Shown here piece after piece: positions 50,087 to 61,536 of a stretch of 64,000 nt of DNA. The position numbers and the translations under genes are program-made. Every line of letters begins with the position of its first letter. Position 1 is the first letter of the stretch. This DNA comes from Vitrella brassicaformis CCMP3155 (Eukaryota; Protista; Chromerida), in contig CDMY01000420.1 of assembly GCA_001179505.1 (NCBI GenBank), positions 16,412 through 80,411 of the forward strand, in the 5' to 3' direction. The notes below the pieces were generated by a model. It had not been told where the DNA came from and did not search any database. It worked only from the letters and a program-made list of their open reading frames with translations.

Positions 50087-50904
50087 ATGGAGAAAGCGCC
50101 ATCGCCCTCACCGCGACCCATTGGCTGCCGTCTATCGCCAATATGCGGAGCCAGGAGTATATCCGAGAGCCCCCCGAAGCAGCTGAGCCAGAAGCAGCCC
50201 CATTTGCTACAGCCTCCCGGGGCTCGGTCTATGGAGCCGCTGAAGGCGAGGGAAGAGAAGAAGTCCGCCAAGAACGTCCCCTGCAGCCTGTGGCCCTCAC
50301 CCATCAGACAGGCCATCGTCGGCAGGCGCCACGGCAAGAAGCAGTGGTCCAAAGCAGCCATGCAGTACTTGCTGATCCAGCAGACGCCCTCGTCACAGCT
50401 CAAGCGGATCCTCAACGCTGCCCCATCTATCATGTCGGACTCGCTGGGGTCCAACAACTCGCCTCGTCCCTCCCCACCACAGCGGGCCGCTAGTCCACTT
50501 GCCTATGAGATTGTGCCGCCCACAGCACCTCCCCCTTCGGCAACGACGTTCAGTTCCCGATTGGACGCCTCGAGACGGTCCCAACATGTGATGCAGAAGC
50601 CACTGTCCAGACTATGCCGACGGCGAAGGAATTGGGGAATGCGGGAGCACCCGAGATGGGAAGGTCGGCAAGGCGGCTGAGTGCGCCTGCGTTGGTCGAG
50701 CTGCAGCGGTTTGCCCGGAAGGTGAAGCCCCGACTGGCGCAGATTAGTCTCCCCCCTGATGTGCCAAAGCTGGTGCCAAGCGTGCCGAATCAGAGGCAAG
50801 AGGATGGTGTCTGTTCTCGCCTCGTTCGTGTTTTTATTTGTGTGCTGTTTGTTGCTGCCGCTGTCGGCCTCCTGCTGCAGACAGGGCAGGGGCGACTCAG
50901 CTGA
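50087..50904 (+). CDS. Hypothetical protein, possibly tail-anchored (C-terminal TM)
   Basis: The S/P-rich ORF (MEKAPSPSPRP...) overlaps a second-frame ORF 50614-50904 that ends in the hydrophobic VRVFICVLFVAAAVGLLL. The junction between them is unresolved. Confidence 0.35.
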
Positions 50905-51063
50905 ATGAACAATGATTTGCAGAGAATCGTGTGAGTCCGTGTGTGGATGCGCGTGTGTCTGTGTCTGTGTGGGGGATAGAACAGTGGCCGCGTCGTGTGT
51001 AGGTGTAGGCTTCTTCACGTTCTTTTTGGTACAGTCTGGCCTTTTGCTAGTCTCTCTCTCTCC

Positions 51064-51096
<33 letters not shown>

Positions 51097-51177
51097 TGGC
51101 TTTGTGTTGGGCTCTCTTTTTCGACGACAATTTGTCGCATGAATGAGTTGGGGAGATGTTTAGTGAAGCTGCGTGCA

Positions 51178-53238
51178 TTAGAGTATCCCTTTCCTCAGTC
51201 CATGACTCCATGTTAGTTGATTTGGGGACCCAGGTAGTCGCGTGCATCGTGTGTCTGTGTGACCCTCGCCTTGTCTGTGTGACTCCCAGCCGCCCTCACT
51301 CAACTCAACAGTAGCGTAGCAATAGCCGACAAAGATCTGGTTGGTACACGTGACGCGTTGCGTCCACAAAGCCAAGTTAGTCCCCCTTACCCGACCCGGT
51401 CTAGCACATTCACAAACAAGCGCAAGTCTGTCTACTGTTCCTTCTTGGGGCTCGTGATGGCGCTTATCCGACCTGATTGATTAAGACAGCACGACAGAAG
51501 GCTCTCATCCCATCGCTGGCTTGCATTCGCTCATCGACTTACTTACCCACAGTGTAATACCCATACTGCGTGACCAGCAGCATTAGAGCCAGATCGAGTC
51601 CAGCCAGAAACAGACAGGTCTGACACACACATGCCAAACAACACGGACGGCACCTGACGGCACCTGGCTGCGCCCATATTCTTAGAATGACTCCCATCTA
51701 TGTACCTGTATGTCCGCCGCGTAAGTGTGGAACCTCTGGACAGTGTTGCGTGCCGATGTGATGGGGCTCCACTCGTACTTGGCGATGCGCGAATGCACCT
51801 CCTCCAAGCTTGCTGCAGGGACATCAACCAAGCATATATTCCACACACATGCGCAAGTATTCTTTCTCCCCTCTCGCTGCTCGCGGCTCACTTGCAGCAA
51901 AGAAGAAAAACAGACCCAATGCCAGACCCTGCTCACGAATCAATATCACACCAAACGAGGGAGGGAAGATTGTATGCAGTCAGTCGTGTTGCCTGCAGCA
52001 TCATCCCTCCCCTTCCGGCAGCTGACTGACCGACCTTAGTTAACAGCTGGAAAATGAAGCCCAGTGTGTAGGACATGACGTCCACCCGGCCCCTCACAGA
52101 CGCACTCTCGTCATCCTGTCCAACCTCAACACCTCCACCAAACGACCACAACCGCCCATCTCTCTCGTGAGATCCATCGCCCTCCGCCTCCCCATCTCTG
52201 TACTGCCGCCGCCTGTCCTCTTCACGAGACCTCCCGTGCGCCTGTCGCGCCCTCAGCCGGTTCCATGATAGACGACCCCATCGCATAATGCGTCTCGCGT
52301 ACATCCGTGGGGAGCAGCCGCATGTCCGGCGCACGAACGCCGCCCAGGGCGATGTGGGAGAGCTCGGTGCCCGCTGCTGCTGGCTCAGGAAGCCGGTGAA
52401 AGGCCGGGCTGACTGGGTCTGCGGGGCCACCCTGTTGCCCATCGGCCACAAGCGGCGCCACCCCTCTGAAGTCCTCGACCGCCCATTGGTCAATGCGGTG
52501 GTCGACAGAGGCGACGTCACGCTGGCCGACGCAGAGGGGGTGTTGGTGTGCGTGGGCGAGGACACAATGGTCATCCTGTGATGCGGCCGGTCGCCCGGCT
52601 CTCTGCTCTCCTCAATATCGTGGTGCTGCCAGTGTCTTGGTGAGACGGGTGGGATGGATATCGACACAGACGAGGGCGGCACACGAGTGCTTGGCGCGGG
52701 AGGGGGCAGCAGGGGCGGGGGTGTGATGGTCGGGGGAGCTGGAGGGGGCGGCGAAGGGCCTGCCTGTGACAGCTTTTGCCGTTGCCGCACGGCTGTTTGT
52801 TTCATCATTCTCTTGATATACTTGTAAGCGTCCCACAAGAAGAGGCCCAAATCGATGGCCAACGCCACACCCTGACCGATCAATCAACGCACGCACCCCA
52901 CTCTCGGCCACCGTCTGACTAACTGACAATGTGGTACACGCTGGTCGATTGACTGACCGCCAGTGTAGCGAGTTGCGATGCCTTCATGTGTTGGAGGAAC
53001 TCCAGCTCGTATGGGCGGGACGGCAGAAAACGCGAATGCTTCAGCCCCTCAGCGACACTGCCACACACACACGCGCGAACATCCAACAATGAACCGACAC
53101 TAAACGCTTGTGTATGCGTGTCAGTTTGTGTGTGTCTGGGACTCACCTGATCCCAAGTGCCAGCAGCGTGCTGGAAAGCGCCACAGCGAGGGCATGAACA
53201 GCAACAGAAAAAATACTCACGGGGGCAGCTACCAACAT
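51178..53238 (-). CDS. Hypothetical multi-pass membrane protein with a large Pro/Ser-rich loop
   Basis: Exons with hydrophobic segments (GVALAIDLGLFLWDAY; YTLGFIFQLLTK; LFLAGLDLALMLLVTQYGYY; NQIFVGYCYATV) flanked by GT-AG sites. Start and stop are approximate. Confidence 0.5.
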
Positions 53239-53319
53239 CAGCAATGACTGATCTCCCGTCACTCCACGATGCTTCCCAATGGTGTGTTGTGCTGCTTTCT
53301 TCGCAAGAGCGATCGGGAT

Positions 53320-53334
53320 TGCGAGCTTAGCTTG
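53320..53334. promoter_or_regulatory. TGCGAGCTTAGCTTG motif in the divergent region upstream of the Ca2+ channel
   Basis: 15-bp exact match (inverted) to 39667-39681. Confidence 0.45.
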
Positions 53335-53512
53335 GGGGAGCCCCCCGTTTTCGTCCTCTCGCGTGGAACTGGTGCGATACACAGGTACAGTACAATCACT
53401 CAGTGCATGATTCATGATGCGTCGTGATTCATTCCTTTCTTTGCTCAGGGTGAGAAGCAATTGGCTGAGGCTGGGCTGAGGGGCGGTGTGTTCTCGGGTT
53501 TCAGCACTGCAG

Positions 53513-56500
53513 ATGGCGGGGGCTGAGGTGGAGCAATCATCGTCGAGCTCACGTGCCCACCGCAGTTTATCATCCAAGCGAACCTTCAACAAGATACCGC
53601 CATGGATCATGACGCTCTTTGCCAATGTTGATGACTCATCATCGAGGGCCCGACATGTTGCTCAGCGGCTGTTTCTGGCTGGCACGTCACGGTCGACGAG
53701 GGAGAAACCCCCTCCCGGCATGCATAGATTCAGTGTCCACGGCAAAGAGGTTGACTATGTCGAGACGGTCAGACCAGAGTGTTTCCACACGGAACAACGC
53801 AGACCATTGGAGAGCATCTGTGCTGTCTTTCTCCTCTATCCTTCGGTTTGCCTGCAGTCTTTGCTTATCTTCAAGCCCAGTAACGGCATCCTGTTCTCTT
53901 TCCGACGGATGTGCGTGTGGATGATCGAGTGGAAATGGTTCGAGCGGCTGGCCCTCACAGCCATCGTTCTCAATTCGATTTCTCTGGCTATGGTCGACCA
54001 TCACCCCAGCCACCCAGAGCCTTGGCGCGTCAAACTAGAGGAGGTGTCTGAAATCGTCTTTATCGTGATATTCAGCGTCGAACTGGTGATCAAGGTGGTG
54101 GGAAAAGGGCTGTGGATGGGGCGGGAGACGTATCTGTCGGACCGGTGGAGTTGGCTGGATCTTGTAGTGGTCGTGACGGCGTGGCTGGAACGGATACTCT
54201 ACGCACTTATCCCGCAATCGGTCAATCTCACCGTCATCCGGACCTTCAGAGTGAGTGACGCATCCATATGCAGGCAGGCACACACGTTGCTCTCTCTGTC
54301 TGGTCATATTCCGGCCGCTGCGGAGCGTCAACGCCTTCCCTGGCATGCGTCTCGTCGTAGTGACTCTCTTCACCTCCCTTCCCAAGCTCTGGAATGTCTT
54401 CCTGCTGGCGTGCTTCGTCCTGGCGCTCTTCTCCATTGTGGGGTGCGTGTACTTGCATACACGTGTGTGTCGTATGATGTGGCTCCCTCTGGTTTTTGTG
54501 TGTCAGCTTGAACCTTTTCAGTGATGTGTATTGGAGCAGGTGTCGCTTGATAGACCGACCTGTCAATGGCTCCTGGCCGCCAGCAGTGGATATCGATCCT
54601 GCGCCATTCGAGAGACCACTTGACAGGTGTGGACGTGCATGTCTGAAATGGCGAATTATGCAGGTGTGTGTTGCTGGTGCGCAAAGGTTTTGTGGAGGCG
54701 CCTATGGGTGTGAGGCTCACACAAAGCTATATCGCATGGCCGGCATCGCCAACAGAACATACTGCGGTACGCCCGAGGCAACCAGATATGCACCAGCCAG
54801 AGTCTCCAACGGATGACACTTCAGGCAACATGTGGCATGTCTCTGATTCGGAGCTGTCGCAAGATCGATGGCACGAGGTGAATACTTCACCGCATGCACA
54901 CATGCTTCTGTCGTGTCACTGCTCGCTGACGTTGCGACTGCAGCTGGAGAGCAACCCTGCGGCCGACTACGGTTACACTGGTTTCCATCACATGGGTGTA
55001 GCCTTTTCTACCGTGTTTCACGTTATCATGGTGGAGGGATGGACTCAGCTGATGTACAGGTGAGATGAAAGGGAAGGGGCAATCGACTTGATGTACATGA
55101 CTGGATTCGTTGTCTCATTTGTCCAGGTTTCAGGATGGACACGCGATGAGTTGGCTTGCCTCCCTCTATTTCTCACTGCTCATTCTCCTGGGGGCGCTGG
55201 TACGGCCGCGCTCTAATGGCTATCAATAACTGCAAGTCACCGAATCTGTCCCGTTCCTTTGTTTGTTTGTTTGTTTGTTTGGGTCACTTTGTAGTCAACC
55301 TGACGGTGGCCGTCATGTGGGAGCGCTATGAGGACCAGCTCAGACAGACTAAGAAGGAGGAGGGCAATGAAGTAAGTAGAAGAAGAAGCCACTGTCATGA
55401 ATGATTGCAGCGGATTATCCGCAGGACGAGGGGAGTGTGAAGCTGGGGATGAAGCTGATTCATCATATCGCAGAGGCACAGACCACATACAAAGCGGACC
55501 ATTGCCAACACAGACATGTGATCTGTCTGCTTCCATTCAGGTGGCCACAACCATCAAAAAGCATAAATACGTCCTGGTGACTCACATGGCACCATCTTCA
55601 CCTTGTGTGTGAACGAGTGCCGCGTGTGTGCTCAGGAGTCGAGTGCCAAGGCTCGCTTGGTGGACGAGTTGCCGACTTCAGAGACCCCACTGTCTCACAT
55701 CGCAAAAGGCAAACTGTACGGATACACACAGGACGCGTGTATTTATGACCAGACGGTCCATGACAGTCTTTAAACCTGTGTGTCCGTCTATATGTCTTTA
55801 CCCAGGTGGCTGCAGGCCCTCTGTGCGCGCATTGCATTCCATCCGATGTTTGTGCTGCTGATCCTCGTGTCCATCTTCTGCAACACCGTCGTCTTGGCTC
55901 TCGATCGTTATCCGGAGCCTGCGGCGGGGATCACACAGACACTCGACGCCGTCAACCACTCATTCACCGTGAGCGACAAAAGGTCATGATTGGGCCGTGA
56001 CGAATAGCCGACCGCGACACATACTGTCTGGCGTATTCAGGGTCTGTTCACCTTTGAGGTGCTTATCAAGTGCATCGCATTGGGGCCCGTCGATTTCGTC
56101 CGAGACAGCTTCAACATATTTGGTGACCCGTTTAGTTTCCTTGGCTACGCGATATTGACGTAGACCCCTGATGAACGATTCGCGTCCCTGCTCCAGTGCA
56201 GATGTGGCGGTCGTTCTGGCTGCCTGGATTGAGTTCTCCATGGGAGGTGCGGGAGCGGCGGGAGCGCTCCGCGCTTTCCGTCTGCTTCGGGTGCTCAAAC
56301 TCGGTCGCAACTGGACGGTATGAGGATTGGTGAGCATCAAAAGCAGACCACTTGCATGCTTGGCTTCTTGTGTCTCGCTCGCTTAGTCCCTTCGGATATT
56401 GCTGGAGGTCATCTCGAGGGCGCTAACCCTCATGTCTTCGTTCTGCCTGCTGCTTTTCCTCGTGATCTACATATTCGCACTCATCGGTATTCAGTGAACG

Positions 56501-59500
56501 GAAATACCGGGGGCTCGGCAATTGATCACTTTTTTATCAGGAATGCAGCTCTTCGCCTATGAGGTGCCTGAAGATGAAGACGACTCCATAACTCGTCTGA
56601 ACTTTGATACGTTCCTCGACGCCTTCCTCACAGTGTTTACAGGTAATACAGCACTCAGTTCATTTGGCTGACACGGTATTTCTGTCATTGTGCATCAATG
56701 CATGTCTTCAGTGCTGACGGGCGAGGGCTGGAATAGCATCGTCTTCAATTTTGCACGAAATGCAGGTCCCGCGTCGATGCTGTATTTCATTCTTCTTCTC
56801 GTCTTCGGGAACCTTATACTCCTCAATCTCTTCCTCGCCATCCTGCTCGGCAGCTTTACCTCAGCGCGAGCATTTATCAATCGCTTGTATCTCAATCGCT
56901 TTGTCGACCTGTGTCATGAAATGGGTGTCACGAGGGAAGACGTCGAATCGATCGCCAATGCGGCAGACGACAGCACGCCAAAACGAGCCTTCTCCTTGGC
57001 CCAGAAACCGACCGGCTTATCTGTATCCGCTCGGCTGTCGCTATTCTCAAATCTTGTACCCGATGAAGGCGGCAGCGCAAGACAATCAATGGTCACTTTT
57101 TCGGAAGGCGCTGTGATGAAAAGTGGCGTGACGCTCAAGCGGCGGAAGACAGAAGATATTCTTCGTCGCTCAGCTGCTAGGAGGAGGTCTCAGATGCTGT
57201 CAAGTGAGCAGAAGGACATTTTGCAGTCTGTTCGCCTTATCAAGCAGATGGGGAATATCAATTTCTTGATTAAACGTTTGAAGACGGGGGCAAAAAGGGC
57301 AGAGATGGAGAACAAAGATGTTGCGGCTGAGCATGTAGAGCAAGTGAACGATGAGCTTGCTATCGACTTCCTGCCCAGAGCAGGCAAGATAGGTGGGAGA
57401 CACATTATAGAGAATCAACAGGCATGAATGTCATCTGTCTTTTTTCCGTTTTCAGACGACATTCATGCCTCTACTCCCTCTCATCCACGTAGCATTGAGG
57501 TCCCCGGTGTTGTTCATGTACCAGCCGACAAGCCTGAACGGCGACAATCCACAGCGGTCGAGCCACTCGAGGCCCCCAATGAGAAGGGAGCAGCCAGTGA
57601 CAAGAGGAGCCAAATCAAGGCAGTGGGCAGTGTCGACACTGGCCCGCATGAACACCAAGAGACAGCAGACACAGCCAAAGGGAGGATGCATCGTCTGAAA
57701 CAGAGAATTAGCGATTTCGCCAGCAACGTTGATGCAGCATTCAACGACGAGAGGGTAGGAAAACAGATACTCTGATGAACGACAGACATTTGTTTTGTTT
57801 ATGGATGTTCAGTTTGAAGCTCTCCCAACAAGTCCCAAAGCCCTTCTTCATTTATCTCCCTCCCCCCGACGAACCCCGCAGCTACCTGGCCACTCACCGA
57901 GAAGGCTGTCTGTCCATGAGCCACCGTTGCCTTTGGATGACCAAGATGAGACTGCAGTGAGAGAGCAGCGCTATTTTCCCTTGCGGGCTCCAGCAGCATG
58001 GGGGATGGTACGGGCTATATGTCAGAGAATTGTGGCTAGATCTGAGTTCGAATCCTCTGTCCTGGTGCTAATTCTGCTCTCCGCGGCTCTGGCAGCCACA
58101 AACAGCCCTTATGTCGACCCAGACTCGTCGTATGGCAAGGTACACGAGTAAGAGCTACGAGAATATTCCCAGTGTGAGATTCTGCGTGTGGCTCTAGGCT
58201 CTCGTGGCTCTCGATCTGATCTTTACAGCAATCTTCACCGTTGAGATGGTCATCAAGTGGACGGCTCTTGGTCTGTTCGGCCAGCAATCTTACTTTATGT
58301 CCCCCTGGAATTGTGTCGACTTCGTTGTGGTCTTTTTCGGCTGGCTTGAACACGGAATGCCGACATCTTCGCCCGGGCAGAAAGGGAGCCTAAAGGTGCT
58401 CCGGACGCTACGAGCATTCCGTGCCCTGCGTCCATTGCGGATCATTTCTCGGAACACGGGGATCAGGGTTGTTGTTGAGTCACTGCTGTCGTCTGCGCCC
58501 TCTCTTGCTAATGTCTTCTTCGTTGGTAGGCACTGCATGTGCTCCGTTAACCTTCATTGCAAGCTAAAGATATGACTTCCTCTCGCGCCTCAGGCCTGCT
58601 GTTTTATTTGGTATTCGCAATTTTGGGCGTTAGTCTCTTCAAAGGAGCATTTTATGCGTGCGACTCGTCGGACTCGCCAAATGGCCCTTCAACAAATGCG
58701 ACACTATCCAACGAGAGTGACTGCAAGGATATCGGTGGCGAGTGGAAGTTGATTTCCGATTCCAACTTCGACAACGCTTTCCACGCCCTCATCGCCTTAT
58801 TTCAAGTAGGGCGACGAGACATGATCCAGCGGGTTCGTGAATATGCTAATTTCCGTTTCTTTGCAGGTGAGCACTTTGGAAGGCTGGACCGATGTGATGT
58901 TTGACGCGGTCGACGCGAGAGGGCCGGGAGAAACACAACAGCGGGACCACAACAAGTTGAACGCACTGTTCTTTGTCACCTTCATCGTTCTGGGCAACTT
59001 TGTGACGCTCAACCTGTTTGTGGGCGTCGTCATAGACCAGTTCCACCAGATGAAAGAGAGCATCGACGGAGGTCTCCTCATCAGCCCAGCGAACAAGGTA
59101 TAGGCCAGCCAGCCGGCCACATGCCGGCTGTATTCATGTGCTGGTTGGTCCATCGTGCTGTGCTGTTCCACAGTGGATCGAGGTTCAAAAATACATATAC
59201 AGGTAGACAGGCAGACAACAGCTACATGTCTCACTCACGACTCTATGTGTCCTCAGGACAAGTCGTCTGACCCCATCGATGGGCGTCGACACCCATCACA
59301 GCAAGCGCCGGAGCGCCACCAGCGACACAGCCAGAAGACGTGTGGCCCGGGCCCTCCTCGCCATGAAGTCCCTCTCAACCCAAGCACAGAGTAGCAGGGG
59401 ACCGACAAGAGCAGGTGCAACGACTGGACGTACAAGAGCACTGACTGCTGCATCTCTGATGCCCTTTTGCAGCCTTTGCCAGTGATGTTACGAGCCAGCC

Positions 59501-61418
59501 TTCACCGTCCAAGGGCGTCGTCAGCCGCACCCGGTTCCTTGCAGCCAGGGAGATATTCCGCGAATGGTTGCGCACCAGGGTAACCTCTGCTGGCTTTGAC
59601 CGGTTCATCAGTGTGTCCATCTTCCTCAACTCGGCCATAATGTCCACCAGATATGTTGGGATAGCAGAAGAACACAGGTACTGACTGAGTTCTTGGCAGA
59701 GAGAACACTCATCCCATACACGGCATGTGTGTATGTGTGGCAACATTCCTTGTCCGATCAGCCATGCCTTGGACGTACTCAGCTTTGGCTTCACACTGCT
59801 CTTTGCAATCGAGTGTCTGGCCAAAATAGCCGCGTTCGGGCGAATCTATTTCCTCGATCGATGGAACACGTACGTGAGGACACAGCGAAATACACTGCTG
59901 ACCGTGTCTCAGACAATACTTGTCCTTTCCTCAGCTTCGACTTTACCGTTGTCAGCGGTAGCATCTTTGGCCTGACGGCCAACGCACTGACCGGCGAAGA
60001 TAAAGGCCTTTCACTCATCCCGCTCATGCGCTCAGCCCGGTTGCTGCAGAGGGCCCAGGCCCTCCGTATTCTTTTTCAGACCATGCTCAACGTGCTGCCA
60101 TCGCTCGGGAACATTGCTGCTCTGCTGTCTCTCATTTTCTTTATCTACGCCATTCTTGGGATGCACATCCTCGGCACGGTGAAGCTGCAAACCGCCTTGA
60201 GTGACCAAACAAATTTTCGAAACATTGGGAATGCCCTGTTGGCCCTCCTCCGCCTGTCAACAGGTGAGTGCATCAGGCAGAGACGTGAGGCAAGAAAAGG
60301 CTCCTTTATTTTTGATCAGGTGAGGATTGGCATGAGGTCATGTTCGATTGTACTCGCGGCAGCGATGAGATCGACTGCGAGTCTGATCAGACCTACGAGG
60401 AGCTGCAGCGTGACGGCCCTCAGGCGTGCGGCAGCTGGGTGGCTTATATCTACTTCCTTTCCTTCATGCTCCTGGTGTCCTACATTCTCATGAATCTGTT
60501 CATAGCGGCCGTCGTTCACGGCTTTTCTGAGACCGTCACAAACGACCACATTGAGAGAGTCCGGACACAGCATCAAGCCTTCATCCAAATGTGGTGAGCG
60601 AAACTGGATGACGTACACGCATGTCGTCCTCTCTTGGTGGCTGCACAGGCGTCAACAAACCAAGGCCGGCGACAGGCTAATGCCTCTCGAGGACTTTGTC
60701 AGCATTATCGTAGCCATCCCGCCACCAGTCGGCACACAATCGGACTGCCAAGGCACCAGCAGCACACAAACGCGACTCGCATTGCAGTCATTGGCCGACG
60801 AGAAGGACCCGCTGCCTTTGAGAGGAGTAGGGCATGACAGGTGAGGAAGAGAAGGGCGTGAGGGGAGCCGAGACAGATGTCTTGTGTCTCTTGTCAGAGT
60901 ACATATACGTGATGTAGTAATCAATCTTGTAGACCGATCTGCCCATTGGCTGTCGGATCACTTCTGGTCCGCATCAGCAGGCAGCGAGGGAGAGGCCTTT
61001 CAGCTGCACCAGCCAGCACTAGAGGTGAGCGACAGGACTCGCCAACAGAAAGAAAGAAACACATACCGCACTCCTGTCCGTTTTGCAGGCCTGGAAGCGC
61101 CGCTTTCCTGATATAGATGACGGGCTCCCCTCTTCACAGCCCGCATACACGATCGCCCACCTGCTGGCGGCACGAAAAATCCAGAGTCTGTACAGAAAGT
61201 ACTCACAGTCAAGAACACGAGTTGTGGTAGATCGACAGCAGGAAGAGTGTGAGATGGAGTCGAGTGAAGCGTGTGTGGTAGTGCCTGAGCGGACATGTGA
61301 GGGCAAGGGCAAGGCTGGCGAATTGCCTCCCGAAGAGGAGCACCCGATGCCATCTGTCCTCATTGATGATGCATGTGGCGAGACAGAGGCAGCTCTGTCC
61401 TCTTCAGATGGCCAATGA
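53513..61418 (+). CDS. Four-domain voltage-gated Ca2+ channel alpha-1 subunit (EEEE filter)
   Basis: Four 6TM repeats. Pore loops IMVEGW, LTGEGW, STLEGW, STGEDW. S4 segments e.g. LRAFRLLRVLKL and LRTLRAFRALRPLR. LNLFLAIL and LNLFVGVVIDQF in S6. C-terminal EF-like region (IPPPVG) and IQ motif AARKIQSLYRK. Confidence 0.95.
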
Positions 61419-61536
61419 CATGATGTATGTATGTGAGCATAGACAGACAGTATCATTATGTTGATGTCTCCTCATACATATCATTTGGTCTACTTCGAAC
61501 GCACATACAGGTGATGATGACACGAGCCAATACCGA

